From Botryllus schlosseri (taxonomy: Eukaryota), in contig CM119373.1 of the NCBI GenBank assembly GCA_051294905.1, positions 3,164,001-3,228,000 on the forward strand: 64,000 nucleotides of DNA, written 5' to 3'. Both the position numbers and the translations under genes were made by a program. Positions 13,879-27,492 of the stretch are shown piece after piece; position 1 is the stretch's first letter; each line of letters starts with the position of its first letter. The notes under the pieces are model-generated. The model had not been told where the DNA came from, made no database searches, and saw only the letters and a program-made list of their open reading frames with translations.

Positions 13879-14060
13879 CAATGTTCCCTCTAAGCTGCGC
13901 ACGTGCGCAAATGCGCAGTGCTGAAACGGTCTCTGCGCACAGAAAATCTAGGCTGCGCACAAAAAATCCGAAGTGATGACTTTTTTTTTTAATCGTTGCG
14001 CACTCTTGTCCAAGGCACCGCGCAGGCGCTCTGACTCGAGAAAAATGAGAGGGAACATTG
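13879..14060 (+). mobile_element. Short MITE (CAATGTTCCCT family), flanks not duplicated
   Basis: TIR CAATGTTCCCTCT / AGAGGGAACATTG; left flank GTCTGGTG differs from right flank CCAGGGGT. Confidence 0.85.
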
Positions 14061-15253
14061 CCAGGGGTAAATAGTGCTATTGCTGAAGTCTGAACCTGAG
14101 GTAGGCCAACAAGTGCGGCCCGAAAAGGCAAATGTTGCGCTTCGCGAAGCAATGAGAATTTACAATCGTTTGTGGCTCACGAAAGAGATTTTTCTTTTAC
14201 TATGGTATCGTACGCGTGAGCGATACTGATATCATATCAATAGCGCAATCCTTTGTGGGAATGGCGAAATAACATGGTTCAACAAAATTATAAATAACAA
14301 TGGGTCAGCTAGAAGTTTACTGCGAGAAAATAACGAATAGTCTTCTCCGCGTGTCATGAATATTGTGTAAGATTTACTGTACAATTACAAGCCGCGAATT
14401 TTCGAAGTCATCACTTCCATCAGGCGAATCTGATCACGTATGGTGATATAGGATAACATGCAGAATATGCAAGTACAAGCACCAATATTGTTGAAAAAAT
14501 CCATCCCTTTGCAAACGTTGATCGGGAAATGCAGCAACTATATGCATTGTAGGGCGTTGCATTAGATCAGCTTCTCAGCAGCACAAATTTGTGATTTTAT
14601 TCGATTCGTTTGAACGCGTATCTTCTGTCGATAAAAGGTCATAAGCTGATCTTGTTCTTGCTTCAATCAGACTTGAATATTCGTATCATTATATCTGACT
14701 GTATACCTGACTTAAGATGCCTTGCGATAAACGGCCCGTGCGCTCTTCTAATGGTTTCCAACATTCATGAATAACGGGCTACCACGCAGCATATACTGGA
14801 ATCTTGTAGTCCCGTATTGTCAACATCGATAAGATGTCCTGTTCCCAAAAGAGATCTGAACCTAGTTTTATTCGGTTAACTATTTACCTTTATTACAAAA
14901 AGACCATCATCGAACACGCAAATCTTTAAATCCATTTAATCCATCAAAAAATGATCAATATCTATTTCACGGGAAAATGCCCTCCCGAGTATAGATTAGG
15001 CGACATCAGAGTCACTATACGTCCTGTCGAAATGGAGATTCTTTATTTCTTGATAGACCTACGAAAGCGTATTAAGTGATACAAAACATCATTAAGTGAT
15101 ACAAAACATCATTTATATCTGTACGTCCATTTCGTGTCGCTTTTAACCAATCACACGTAGCAGGATATGAAAATGAGTGCGTTTCTTCAAGTTACAGTTA
15201 AATCATATGAATGTCACGACACGGCGCAGAATATGACATCACCATACAGAGAC

Positions 15254-15586
15254 GGGGAAGCGAGTGGCGCAGTTGGTTAAACACTGCAGTCACGACATCG
15301 ATGCTTGATGGTTCGAGTCTCGGCTCTGCCCTGTTTCTATGTGTCGGAGGTCTATCTGGGCTCCTCATCGCCGAACCCGCTGTAACACAGCGCATTGAAA
15401 AAGCTCAGACAAAGAGGGAGCCGAACTCTTGAAAGGAGGCAGCAAATGAGCCGAAAAAAGACTCAAGTTCAAGAAGACATGCCATTATGAAATGTATGAA
15501 ATTTACTGTGTGGGCGCAAATAACCACGATGTTGCAAGCGCCAATTATATGCGTTAATAAAAACAACAACAACAACAACAACAACA
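15254..15586 (+). mobile_element. tRNA-derived SINE, family A
   Basis: A-box TGGCGCAGTTGG, B-box GGTTCGAGTC, (CAA)n tail, 13-bp TSD ACCATACAGAGAC (15241-15253, 15587-15599). Confidence 0.92.
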
Positions 15587-16311
15587 ACCATACAGAGACA
15601 AGCCGATTCTAGCCTTCAAATTACAGCCAGGCAAACATTCAATATTTGATTAGATTTTACCGACAAAATATATTCGCAAATTTACAAGAATGAAATGTGA
15701 TAGAAAATTTGCATTATATATACGTATGAACGTAGCTATAAGAGACAGCTATACAGTTGTTGAACTCATGGTGCGCAAAAATGAAACTATACGAACATGA
15801 ATAGGCAGGTGTGGTTATTAGTCAACACTGCCTTGAAGTGTCACATCAACAAATTGGCCAAAAAGAATGTAGCTTGAGAAAAGCGCCCCTTTTTCTGTTT
15901 TGAGTTGAAAGTTATCGCAATAAATTAGCATAAGGGGTCAGTAACAAAGTATACTTGTACCTCTACTTCAACCTCAAGTAGATTTTTCATATACTTACAC
16001 TATTTCCTCAAATGATTATGTCTTAGAATAATTCTACTCGGCAATTATCAGTTTTCAATTTAAAACTAGACCTAGAATACTTAGTAATATACTTACTTGA
16101 AAATGGCAACTGCTACTTCTACTCTAGTTTAAATATACGTCTACGCTGCTACTTCTACTACTTGACTACAGCCTCTGTAAATTAGTAGCCCGACTTCCTT
16201 TTTGGAGTACGCTTTCCAAGACCGCTTCCTTGGATCACATTAGGGTGTTTTCTCTAGTAGTCCAGTTACACTTCTACCGCTGGCTGAACAAATTCTGAAA
16301 CTAAACATATT

Positions 16312-16513
16312 ACTGTGGCGAGATAGCGCAGTGGTATAATCCACAGCTGCAACACCAATGGGTTGCGGGTTCGAGTCCGGCCGAGGTCGACTCCTGAATT
16401 CCGACCCAAGTGTCGGAGGTTTATCAAAGCTCTTCCTCGCCATTTCATCCGTGTACGCTGTGTCTTATAACTATAGTAGTCGACAAAACACTATGAATAC
16501 AACAACAAACAAA
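16312..16513 (+). mobile_element. tRNA-derived SINE, family B (internally deleted)
   Basis: A-box TAGCGCAGTGG, B-box GGTTCGAGTCC, CAA/CAAA tail, TSD TAAACATATT (16302-16311, 16514-16523). Confidence 0.85.
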
Positions 16514-16793
16514 TAAACATATTGCTCTTGTTTCTATAATCCATTCCATTTTGCTTTCGAAGCGTGAAAACGTGAAAATGAACGCCCGTATGTAAATTAC
16601 AGCAACTTGTGTCGCTTCAATAGCCTTTGTCAACATGTCGTCAAGAGGTACGCATCAAGTTACCATGTTATCACGTTATACGGGAAGTATTCGAGCAGAA
16701 ACGGAAATTATACTGTTTACAGAAGTTTGTCATGTACTGAAGGATCGTAGCTACAGCCATAGAGAGGCTGTTTCTCAACACTAAACTCTAACT

Positions 16794-19077
16794 CAGTGGT
16801 TCTCAACCATTTTTACCCGCGGACTCATCTCAAGCTTGCCAGTATATCCGCGGACTCAAGCTATATCTTACTGAAAAATATTTTTTTAAATTTCTATCCA
16901 AGAGAGTGTAATACGGTTTCAACAAAAAAGCAAGCACTGTTTTTCACTCAACCCACACTCAATGGAAGCATGCATGACAAGTTTATTGTATTCCGGAATT
17001 ATCGTTGTCAATGTAGGCCTACATCTGATGTCATCTTCCGGTTGAAGTCTATTGCTATACTTCTTTTGCTCATCGTCAGAGTTGAAAAGCCAGATTCACA
17101 CATGTAGGTGCTGTGGTCGGAAATAGCAAAAGAGCTGTTGCAGCTTGCTAACAAAGATATGAAAGACTATGCTCCATCGACTGCACATTTTGCTAAAATT
17201 GAGTCAAGGAAGCTTTCTTAAATCTGTCTTTCCACATCTGTCGGCTTTGCAATTCAAGCAACTATTCAGTAATGCAGTCCACATCTCGAGTTCCACTTAT
17301 ATTAGACAACTATAGATTGTTTCTGTGATTAGCACATGTCCCTACGATTTGTCATTTTCCAAATAGTCTGTAAGGGAACAAGTCGCCATAATCAATTACC
17401 AGCACTTAGCGTATATCGCGCCGGAAACCTGTGCAATGTGCCTACGTGCAGGACCGTAACAGCACTTCGTCAGCCCCCCAATCGGTCAACATGATCGGGA
17501 ATTGCATATATATATATATATAGCTGTAAATTTTTTATGCTATCTCTGCTCATGCATTCAGATTTATCGGTCGAGCTGAGTGAGACGTTTCGGAATATGA
17601 TATAATGATATAATTTTTCTAAAAAGTTGCATAAATTTTCAAAAAACACTCTATAATTTATGTTAATTCACGAATAGTTTTGGCCCCCCTTCGAGGTCCC
17701 TCCTCAATTATGGGGGTTTGGTGTACGGCAGTTACGGTCCCGCATACGTGTGTAGAAAGAGCTGCCCCAGGTGTTTCTAGTTATACCTAGCATATTCTGT
17801 ATGTGAATTGTGAATAGTGAACACGCAGTATTAAATTCCGAGTCCATTCGTACTAAATTCAAGTCAATCCGACAAAAATTGTAGAGTTTATGACCGTGAT
17901 AGAATTGCTTAAGACAATTTTAGCAATAGGCTACCTCGAACATAAATGTAGGGCATTTTGAAAAATTCCAGTTGGCGATAATAGGAGTTTTATACCTGGC
18001 ATGATTGGTATCAAACCATGATGATGCGACAGATGTGCAAAGCATACCCGTTTTGCCTGTGTTACTTGCAACCAACTGGTTTGCCCAAGACACAGAAAAT
18101 CTCAGGAGAACCAATAATGCTTGGAATGCTGATCAATTTGTAGTGGTGCTGTTTCGTTGTTCTTGCGTTTGAAATATACGTGGCCAAACATCGCTTATTG
18201 AGGTATCTCTAATATTGTTTTCAAAACTACATTCACTGCAGTATAATTTATTAACTGCAGCTGGCCAAAGTCAGCTGTACCGGTACTCCGGCAGTCATAA
18301 TAAAGTGATAATAGAGAATCAAATTATACAATACTCAGAAGACGTTACACAGACAATCAGCGGAATATATATTAATGGAATGTCGAAAGATTGTATACAA
18401 ACTCTTTACCCTTTTCATGGTGCCGTTAATTCTTGATAAAGGAAACCCGAAAAGTTACCGAGGTAATAAATTCTACTGCAATGAATGTAGTTCTGAAAGC
18501 ACTATTGAAGTTGAGTGCCGCCAGTCACATATTTGAGGTATCTATGCATTTTTTATGACAGCTATTAAGGTTACTAACATTTCAAAATAGGTATTTTGCA
18601 AATCACTCAGCCTAGTTCTCAAATCGGAATTTGACGAAACCGGACCAGGATGGGGCTCATTCACTTTCGGAACAAAAACCTATTTTCTCCATAAGGCTGC
18701 AATGACTTTGGTCCGAAAGTGAACGAGCCCCGTAGGTCTGTCAATTACATGTTCCGAAATCATATCGAGAGTGGAAGAAAAAGTTGAAAATTTTGACATT
18801 TTCGTGGATTTTCGACTTTTCAATCTAAAACTAAGTCCGTAGACCCCTAAATTATTATCCATGATCGTTTCTTAAGGTTTTATCGGTATAAAATTACCTA
18901 AAATATCAAATTCACTATGAGTCTTTCCACTGAAAAACCCGAGGAAATACCTGGTTGACATTCTGTCAACGTGTGTGCCGAGCCGATTAAGTTACTTAAA
19001 ATTTCTGTGCTCGCGGACTCACCAAGGACCTTCCGCGGACTCAAATGAGTCAGCGAACTCGGGGTTGAGAAACACTG
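16794..19077 (-). mobile_element. Buster/Charlie-like hAT element remnant
   Basis: TIR CAGTGGTTCTCAACC / GGTTGAGAAACACTG with GCGGACTC subterminal repeats; minus-strand TYMCESGFSTL...KKKYSNRLQPEDDIR near 17020-17110; TSD not matched. Confidence 0.7.
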
Positions 19078-19362
19078 AACTACACCATTAAATCATAGTG
19101 ATCACAACCAAATCGCGCTTACTGCGTTTGAGCTACGTCATTCTCACCATTTAACCAACGGCAATTTACGGAAATATTCAGACTGATTTGTCGAGCGCGA
19201 TATTTGATATAACTGGCATCAATCGAAAGCTTCCGCAGTCCTGATTACGAAAATACAAATGTTATTCTGCATGGTCCTAAACCTCCCAAATCACCCCGAC
19301 TGTGTAGAGACAAGTACCTGCTTGTTGCCGGTGTGATCAGGCCAGGCCGTTGACCTCCAAGG

Positions 19363-19536
19363 CAATGTTCCCTATAATTTTAGACGAGTCTGCGCACACT
19401 CACCAGCTCACTGCGCAGACCCTTGGAAAACAGTGCGTAACGACTAGAAAAAAGGTCATCACTTCAAATTTTTTGTGCGCAGAGACCATGAAAGCACTGC
19501 GCATTTGCGCACGTGCGCAGCTTAGAGGGAACATTG
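19363..19536 (-). mobile_element. Short MITE (CAATGTTCCCT family)
   Basis: TIR CAATGTTCCCT / AGGGAACATTG; TSD CTCCAAGG (19355-19362, 19537-19544). Confidence 0.9.
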
Positions 19537-21325
19537 CTCCAAGGTCGTATCGATCATTGCTATCTGATACCGAATATTTTGTATTTTTGTACCACCATTG
19601 TTGCTGGCTGCTTGTTATGTATTTCTGTTGGATGGAACGTAAAGACTCTCTCTCTCCCTCTCTCATCTCCGAATTTTGCATTGTGAAGGAGTTTACCATT
19701 GCGACACAATAATTCCATTTGGAACAACGATGCTGTGGTTGCATATTAATACCGGGAATATTGCCGATATAATATTACCGATATAGGCACGACCGAGAAT
19801 TACGGAATAAGTGGTCGAAAATATTAATTCACTCTGGTTGGTGCGTGACAAAGTTATTGTAAAAGTTGTGATTCGTGGAACGTCGTCAGTTCAATAAGTA
19901 CAAACGGGTCGCAGCGACAAAATTTATGGAGTCACTGTAATTAGTATCACATGAAGTTTAGTAACTATAGAGCAGTGATTCCAAAAGTGCGCGCCAGCCA
20001 GCTCGAGTGCGTTGGCGAGCGTGAAGGAGGCACTGGTCACAAAATAGGCGATTGGGAAGCACAGGCTATGAATTGCAGGATAGGAATGCTGAGAGCATAT
20101 GCGGGTGGTATAGATTTACAACGAAAACACACTGTACCATTAAAAGAATTGATTAACAAAGCATTCGCAATGTAATCAACCGCAGAATCGATGAAGTCAA
20201 GACAGTCTATGGTCGATCCAGAGCCTCGACCCGGGCCTTACGCATGACGTTGTTGCGAGCAACGAGATCAGTGACTTCGCAGACATATTCTCCAAATGTA
20301 ATTAGTCGAATCTATCCATTCGGGAAAATGAGGTAAATTTAATCCAGATCAAAACGGCAATGTCCGGCTTCAGTAGAAAGCTCTTGGTGTATCAGCGAAA
20401 TTTAGCAAGAGGTTATGTTTTTCAATTTCGCAAGGTTACATGAGCTTGACAGCGGTCACGCTGGCATACTTGATGTTATTGTAAAATTTGCAATGAGAAA
20501 ATTTTAGCTTAAACCAAAGTTCAATATATCCTACCAATCGCTCTGTCTACAGAAACAAATGAAATTGAAATATCCTCAGGTTGGGAATTGGGATAGCATT
20601 TCCCTCGTTGGATGTCTCAGATCGGATTTAGTAGAGGGTATTTTCACGTTTTAGTGCCGCGACGAAGCTTCTGGTTAATAACAGAAATCAACGTGACATT
20701 ATGTGAACGCGGAGAATTGTGATTCTTAACCAAATTGAAACCCAACGAGTAAAATGGCAATTCGTGACGCTGTCCAAGTGGGCGATAGCTACAAGGCCAG
20801 CGAACTATACTGCACTACAGCATTCCAATGACCACTCGACACATAGAGGACATGACTTTATATCATAACAAAGAGCGTGTTTTACCGAGGGGCGCTAAGA
20901 CGTAAATATGCCTACGTGGTATAACCTGGCCGGGGATCGAACCCACGACCTATAACTATCGAGAAGCCGGACGCATACCCATTACACTACCTCACTCGGT
21001 GTTTGTCGACTACTATAGTCATTTACACCAAGCCAATCTTCTTCATTCATAGCTGTCATGTCATTAATACTAAAACTATAACCGCGTTATGGTACAAGAG
21101 TTGGGGTTCCTACGCTGCGATTGAGTGTGATTATTATGGTGTTAAAGTCACTGCCCCGCACCTGCTGTCTGCCAACACCCCAACATTGTTGTTTCATGGT
21201 CCGCCAAATACATTCCGAGCTTATTCCATTGGCAATCATTATCATAATTTTGCATCCTACGTTTTAACTGGCGTACAGGATACTGAGACGATGATAGTGT
21301 TCAGTCACGCGACCATAAAATTATA

Positions 21326-21331
21326 TTTATT
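21326..21331 (-). promoter_or_regulatory. Candidate polyadenylation signal of the host gene
   Basis: TTTATT on plus = AATAAA on minus, ~20 bp downstream of the stop codon at 21351. Confidence 0.5.
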
Positions 21332-21350
21332 AATTTAATAGCGGCTCGAT

Positions 21351-21584
21351 CTACGGGGCAAACTGACAGGAATCTATATCCTCGGTTCTGCTGCGGCAGA
21401 AATTCTGCGTCGCCAGCACCATGTCATTTTCCGCGGAGGCGTAAAATAATTCCGGAACGCCACCCTCCTCATCTCCGGTATTCTCCAGCACGAAACCGCC
21501 TCCGGATGCCAATTCTTGGAAGATGCGCATATTCGCCGCAGTCGAACTTGCCGCTAGCGGTTCAGTGATAGGCAAAATTCTTAG
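21351..21584 (-). CDS. Host gene terminal exon, end of vWA domain and C-terminal tail
   Basis: ttttcAG|CTA AGA ATT; LRILPITEP...IFQELASGG...QNFCRSRTEDIDSCQFAP-stop; AATAAA on the minus strand at 21326-21331. Confidence 0.8.
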   Translation of the reverse strand, partial: LRILPITEPLAASSTAANMRIFQELASGGGFVLENTGDEEGGVPELFYASAENDMVLATQNFCRSRTEDIDSCQFAP

Positions 21585-22225
21585 CTGAAAATAACGATCC
21601 ATATGATTCCGGTGCTTAATGAAAGAGGAAGGGCTGCGTGGCAAATTGTGAAGTGGTAGGCCTACGCTGCAAAACCAGTCCACTGATGTACTGTTACTGC
21701 TCAATTACTTCTCATGGCTTGCAGAGAGTGTCGAACAAATGCATAGAGCCATAGTGAACAACGCTATAAGTCGGTATAATGGATATGGCATCACGTACGG
21801 ACCATGCATAACATTATGGAATGCAAAACAGCAATAAGGATGACAAGCATGGTGGGAGAAGTTTATATATATATATATATATAATGCGCGGATAATGGGT
21901 ATGACTGGACATGATTTAATAATTAAAAGTTGTGCGAGTGAGTATACCGAAATATAACTAAATGGATTGTGACTACTGCGAACTGCAGTCCGTCATTAGT
22001 AAGATTGTGACACGTTGGATCGAACTCGATTAATTCGAATAGCTTTTATTTGATTTTATCTTTATTGGACTGTATCCAATTTCAATCACGAATATAATTA
22101 TTGCTATTGAGGGTAGCCTACATAACAAAAGGTTATTATACTTGGATGATTTGGGTCATAAAGTTATTATTCAATAATTTCTGCGGAGAGCCAATAATGT
22201 CCTAAACAATTCCCATGGTCTAATC

Positions 22226-22851
22226 CAGTGGTCGGGAACCTATGGCTCGCGAGCCTTATATGGCTCTTTTGGGTATAAGATATGGTTCTTTGAAATATTT
22301 TCAATTTCGTACTTATTTATCGATATTGCAGTAACTTGGTAGTAAATTTCATAACGAACAGAGTAAATATTTGAGAGGTCAAGACAGTGGCATATCCAGG
22401 GCTAAAGGGCTCGGACCCCTTCGCAAAATCCTCTAGCTATTTACGTTCTTGATTGTGAAGTACCTTTCTAGTACTGCCGTTAATATTGCAGGCGTATAGT
22501 GCAACATCTATCTATGTTGCCGCCGAATACTTTGAGAATTGAGACGTCGATCAATAATTGGATTTTCGGAATCAGTGTTACAGTTATATTAGATTAATAT
22601 CGGGTATTATAAATTCCGAGCTATTTACGTTGAATTGCGTTATCACAGGATAATTAGTATCCTACGAGTTTTTACAGAGAAAATATGGCGCCCACGACGA
22701 ATCCCGTGTAGTGAGTTCAAAGTACCACAATGACGTCACGTATTTGCAATTGTTACGTAACAATTGATTGACATGTATGGCTATTTGGGAGTTAAAATCG
22801 AAAATATATGGCCAACATGGTTCTTCAGACGAAAAAGGTTACCGACCAGTG
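22226..22851 (+). mobile_element. hAT-type MITE (TGGCTC family)
   Basis: CAGTGGTCGGGAACC / GGTTACCGACCAGTG; TSD GTCTAATC (22218-22225, 22852-22859). Confidence 0.85.
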
Positions 22852-23385
22852 GTCTAATCGCAATTGTGTTCCGAAAATGAACTATGGTACTCCCGACTCT
22901 CCAAAATAAACTAATGTAATATTTATCTTACTATTATAATTAAAGGACGAAAAGGGTACCACGATGCGCTTATCACCTTATTGGTCTGGTGCACCACGGG
23001 CGAAAATTAGCGTCAAAAATCAGTTGGCGATAAATGGATTAAATTATCGCAATACTGACACGGAAGTTGGCTACTAACTCAGCGAGATGTAGAGTCGGAT
23101 CAATCAGGAATCTGAAATCACAACACGGCTTAATTTTCGAAAATAAAAGCAATCCTCGAACATGTCTTAGGTGTGGTTAAAATATGAGCCCAGAAAAATG
23201 GATTCCGCATTCCTATTCACTATGACTCAGTATACCGTGACAGTGAATAGGCTTGATCGGACTGGGACTATATCAACCAACACTTCAAGCGGTTGATTTG
23301 CGGTAAGTTGAGAGACGCGCCTGACACCTGACATGGTTTACTACCCGAAACCAACCACTTGGTGCAACATGAATATAAATCTTAC

Positions 23386-23543
23386 GTGTATTCTTTTCTC
23401 TAGAAGTGACCTGGTGGATTCACGTGCTACTGCCAAATCACTGGGTGCCCTCGTCGTTAGTAGGAATATCACAGGTACCCGGTAATCGTGGAATCCGAAT
23501 ATATTATCCAATGCGTATTGCAATGCTTTTCCAGAGTTGGATT
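23386..23543 (-). CDS. Host gene exon, vWA domain part 3 (158 bp, phase 1-0)
   Basis: tttacAG|...|GTaaga; SNSGKALQYALDNIFGFHDYRVPVIFLLTTRAPSDLAVARESTRSLLEKRIH matches vWA TxTGxAL..A and VILLTDG.S.D motifs in degenerate form. Confidence 0.85.
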
Positions 23544-23909
23544 CTGTAAATCATCAACCAAATGATTATATCTATTCCCTCACAGGCAACAGAGGTAAGG
23601 GACAGTTTGTCACATTTTCATATATACTACCGCTGGGCGTTAAAGACGTTGATTGGGCTATAATAAGTATTTTCAAATCGTCTACATTGGTTTGTAGGTG
23701 GTGAGGTTTAGGCAATTCTATGTCAAACATAGATTTTTGCGCCATAATTGAAAGCTGAATATGAATCGGGTTGGTATTCGCAAAACATATCGGTTGTATA
23801 CCAACTGATATGTCATCGCGAATGTGATGTCGACATGCTTACACCGGCATATATTCGTTGGTATATGCAGCATTTTCACAAAATTTGAGTTGTTCAACTT
23901 ATTTATTGT

Positions 23910-25090
23910 TAGGGATGGTGCGAACCCGTAATGGTTCAGGTTCGTGTGAACGCAAACGTGAACCTCATGACGTCACGTGACGTCACATTGCTAATTTCAA
24001 CCCTATTTCAGTGAAGTGATAGATTAATGTACAAACGACGACTCAGGCCACATTATGACACAATTTTTAAGTACATGCTGACTTTTTAAACGTCCCCAAA
24101 TGTATCAACTTGAGCAATCAAATGCTATAATGATCGCATAGAATCAATATCTTTCGTCGCTTTGCCGACAATTTCGACGAGTATTTGCAAGGGAACACAA
24201 GCTGACGCCTTAACGGTCTAGGCCAGACTGGACAATGTATTCGGCAGATATTGAGCCAAGTGTAGAGCGGGTTTTTTATTCTTGCTACCGATATTAACCT
24301 ATAAACAAGTAATACAGTGTAGCCAACACCACAATCGCACGGATTTGGTTTTATGATACAATAAACATGTTAATCCCGTGGATCCCGCAAGCCTGCTAGA
24401 TTTTTTTTTTAATTACACAACGATGTTTTTTATATCAATTTCACTGATTGGTTGAATAAGCAGCACTCACTTACTACCTTGCTACATGTATTGTATTTCG
24501 TTTACGATGTTCTGTCTTTTTAATTTTTTTATTCACACATAATTGGCGCTTTTAACAACTTGGGTCATTTGCGCCCGGCACGGAAATTGCATTAAGATCA
24601 TTGTCTTTTGCGGTCTTTTTCTGGTCATTTGCTGCCATCTTTCCAGAGTTCGGCTCTCTCTTCTTCTGGGCTTTTGAAGGCGCTGCGTATACAGCGAGAT
24701 CGGCGATGAGGAGCCCAGATAAACCTCCGACACATACAAACATGGCAGAGCCGTGACTCGAACCACCAACCATTGGTGTCGTGACTGCAGTGTTAAACCG
24801 AGTGCGCCACTCGCTTCCCCTACGATGTTCTGTGATTGCGGGTCAAGCTCGCAGCAGAGCGACACTAAATATTCACAAACCGAAAGCTGAATATTTCGGG
24901 CAAACTTTTGCAATCAAGCATGTCAGATTTTTGAGATTGGCAAAGTGCATGCTCATTGCTCATTAACTGTTGAGTTTTTTATGCTGCCAGCGCCATGCAT
25001 AGTGTGGTCCGAACTTGAAATAAAGATAATTTCAACCAATGATGTTATAATGACGTGAAAAATTACAATATATAAAACTTTCAATCGCCT
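23910..25090 (-). mobile_element. TAGGGATGGTG-family MITE interrupted by a SINE
   Basis: Starts TAGGGATGGTGCGAACC; reverse-complement similarity to 1-752; distal end approximate. Confidence 0.7.
24516..24820 (-). mobile_element. tRNA-derived SINE, family A
   Basis: Reverse-complement homolog of 15254-15586 with A-rich tail; 13-bp TSD TACGATGTTCTGT (24503-24515, 24821-24833). Confidence 0.92.
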
Positions 25091-25955
25091 ATTCAACAAA
25101 AAAGTGAGTTCATCAAACAATATTGTCGAATTCGCAGTGTGTTTGTGATATTTTGCTGTTCGTAAACGTAAGATCAAGTCATTTTGTACCGCTTATAGCC
25201 AAAGGTATTTCGAAGATATCTGGAGTGCCACTTTCTACAATGTTTGGCATTCCTCGTTCCAGTAGCAGTTCATATTTCTAGCACAGCGGACCAGTGCCGG
25301 GTTCTTAGACAGATCAGCCCAACATCATTGTGTTCCGTCACCAAACGAACAACAATGGAGCAGTTACGACAACATTATCACATCCGATATTTTTCCTTGG
25401 GTAATGTCAGGCCTACTGGAGATACTGCCAAATATGAACATGGCACGCCGCGAATAAACTATACGAAAAGAAGATACGCGCGAGGTTACGGATACCTGAT
25501 TTTGAAATATTGTACGATATTGTTACACGGCAATTCCCTCTTCCACCGATTTCTTACATTTCGCATCGAATGTGCCTTAGACATGAGCCTTTTCTAAAAC
25601 CACAAGCTCACGCCGGGAATGCCGATTAGAGTCTATGCTTAAATTTGTATATTTTGCGGTTAATCTTAAACTATTTCTGAATATTGGTGAGCTAGATACA
25701 GAATGCTCTGCTGGCTTATATCATAAATTTTGTACAGATTTCTACCATCGTTCCTCGGTGTCAACACGATTTGAATTTTGACATATGATGCCAAATATTT
25801 ATCATGGTGGTGCTAGATTTTAAAGTGTCTGTATTCAGAGTATGGGAGTTGGTTATAGATTCGTAATTGCACGAAAAAAATTGGCAATTCCTGGATTCAC
25901 AGCAGATCTGAAATCAAGATATGCGGTGTTTAGATAGATTGTTGTACAAGCTCAC

Positions 25956-26128
25956 CTCTGTCAGCTACCGGCGTAACACCAGCCATCGCTACCTCCAGGA
26001 AATCGGATTCTCTGTAGTTTTCGTCATCGTCAACCATCATGAAATCCACTCGATTAGCGACATCCACATCCTCCCCAAACGGTATGATGGTGATGTTTAG
26101 GAAATAGCCTCGGAATTCCGTCAGAAAA
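25956..26128 (-). CDS. Host gene exon, vWA domain part 2 (173 bp, phase 2-1)
   Basis: aattcAG|...|GTgagc; FLTEFRGYFLNITIIPFGEDVDVANRVDFMMVDDDENYRESDFLEVAMAGVTPVADR; phases match both neighbours. Confidence 0.8.
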
Positions 26129-26462
26129 CTGAATTATTGTCGTGTTTCGTTTCCAATATGCCAATTGCAATATTTATCGACTCTTTATCAACTATTTATC
26201 AGTCTTTGGAATGTAGCTTGACTCAACCAATTATTAATGCTACGATAAGGATGGATATTCCCCCTGCCAGCGAGAGAAAATGGTTTTACTTTTTAATTTG
26301 AATGACTTTTCAATCAATATAGTTATATGCCCCGTGAAATTTAGCGTGAGAGATTAGAATAAGTTAAATAAAGTAAGCAGCTACTATGCCATCATTCCCC
26401 TTAATCTTAACAACCAAAATAATGCATATAACATCACCTATACGATTCATATCCGTACTTAC

Positions 26463-26562
26463 TGCGCAAACTCTCCCAGGAACTCAAGTCGTGCGTCCCA
26501 GTAAACCGGTTCAGTATTGTCCAAAAATACAACCAGATCCAGATCAGAATTGATTATGCAAG
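26463..26562 (-). CDS. Host gene exon, vWA domain part 1 (100 bp, phase 1-2)
   Basis: gaaacAG|...|GTaagt; CIINSDLDLVVFLDNTEPVYWDARLEFLGEFA resembles the vWA beta-A strand (DLVFLLD); joins in frame to the sushi exon. Confidence 0.8.
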
Positions 26563-27492
26563 CTGTTTCAAAAGTAATGCAAACACGTTCATGCAGCGGC
26601 ACGAATTCAACAGATTACGCTTGTTATTAAGGCTGGGCGAACTTGAGTAGCTGAGCAATCTGATTTTGAACCGAGTACTAGGCTACGTGTATGTAGTAGG
26701 TAGACCTTTACAATGTCATTCTTCATGACATCAGCATATCGTAAAGATGACTAGTAATTCAAAGAAAATTATGTCAGTTGTACACTACACTGTAAAAAAT
26801 AAAGGTGGGTTTTTGGCTAAAATGGAGGTGGAAACGATAATTCCTCCTTTCACGAGAGGTAGGAACATGCTATACACCTCTGAAGAAGGTGAAATACGTC
26901 TTCCCACCTCCGACAATAGATCTTCCACCTCCCAAAACCCTCCTATAAAGTGATATACGATACATCGCTTTATAAGGAGGGTTTTGGCAGATGGAAGATG
27001 TATTTTCGCGCGAGATCATATACTGCGTCGTCGTCAACAAATATACAAAAGCTGTCGTAACGTCGTTTTTGCTAAACCCGTGATATATTACAAATGCTGC
27101 GGAACGAGCCCCCTATGACTTGGAACGGCAGTCCCAACACATGGCGTCAGATGACACGCGTAAGTTGACGAGTTCGGCATAGCTGATTGGTCATGCAACG
27201 GAAATTTATTAATGTTTGGGTTGCTACATACGTCCGTAAATGTCCGGAATTTCAGTGCAATTAAATTCAATTTCCAGGTTTTTCGAAATCAGTTATGTTT
27301 TATAATTTATGAAAATCTGCACAGCTCCGACAGTTATCGAACATGTCCACATTCAAATCAAAATACACACAATTTATACTGAATCAATACCATAGTCAGA
27401 TCAAGATTACAGGACCACAGCCTGACTTATCGATCTCGCCTTCAACCACATTTTTTATCACCTGATAATGAATCTGAACGCGAATGCATAAT

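Noticed and set aside
15254..15330. tRNA genes (also ~16312-16395, 4455-4535, 24745-24820)
   Set aside because: tRNA-like heads continue into SINE bodies with tails and TSDs; no proper acceptor stem or oligo-T terminator.
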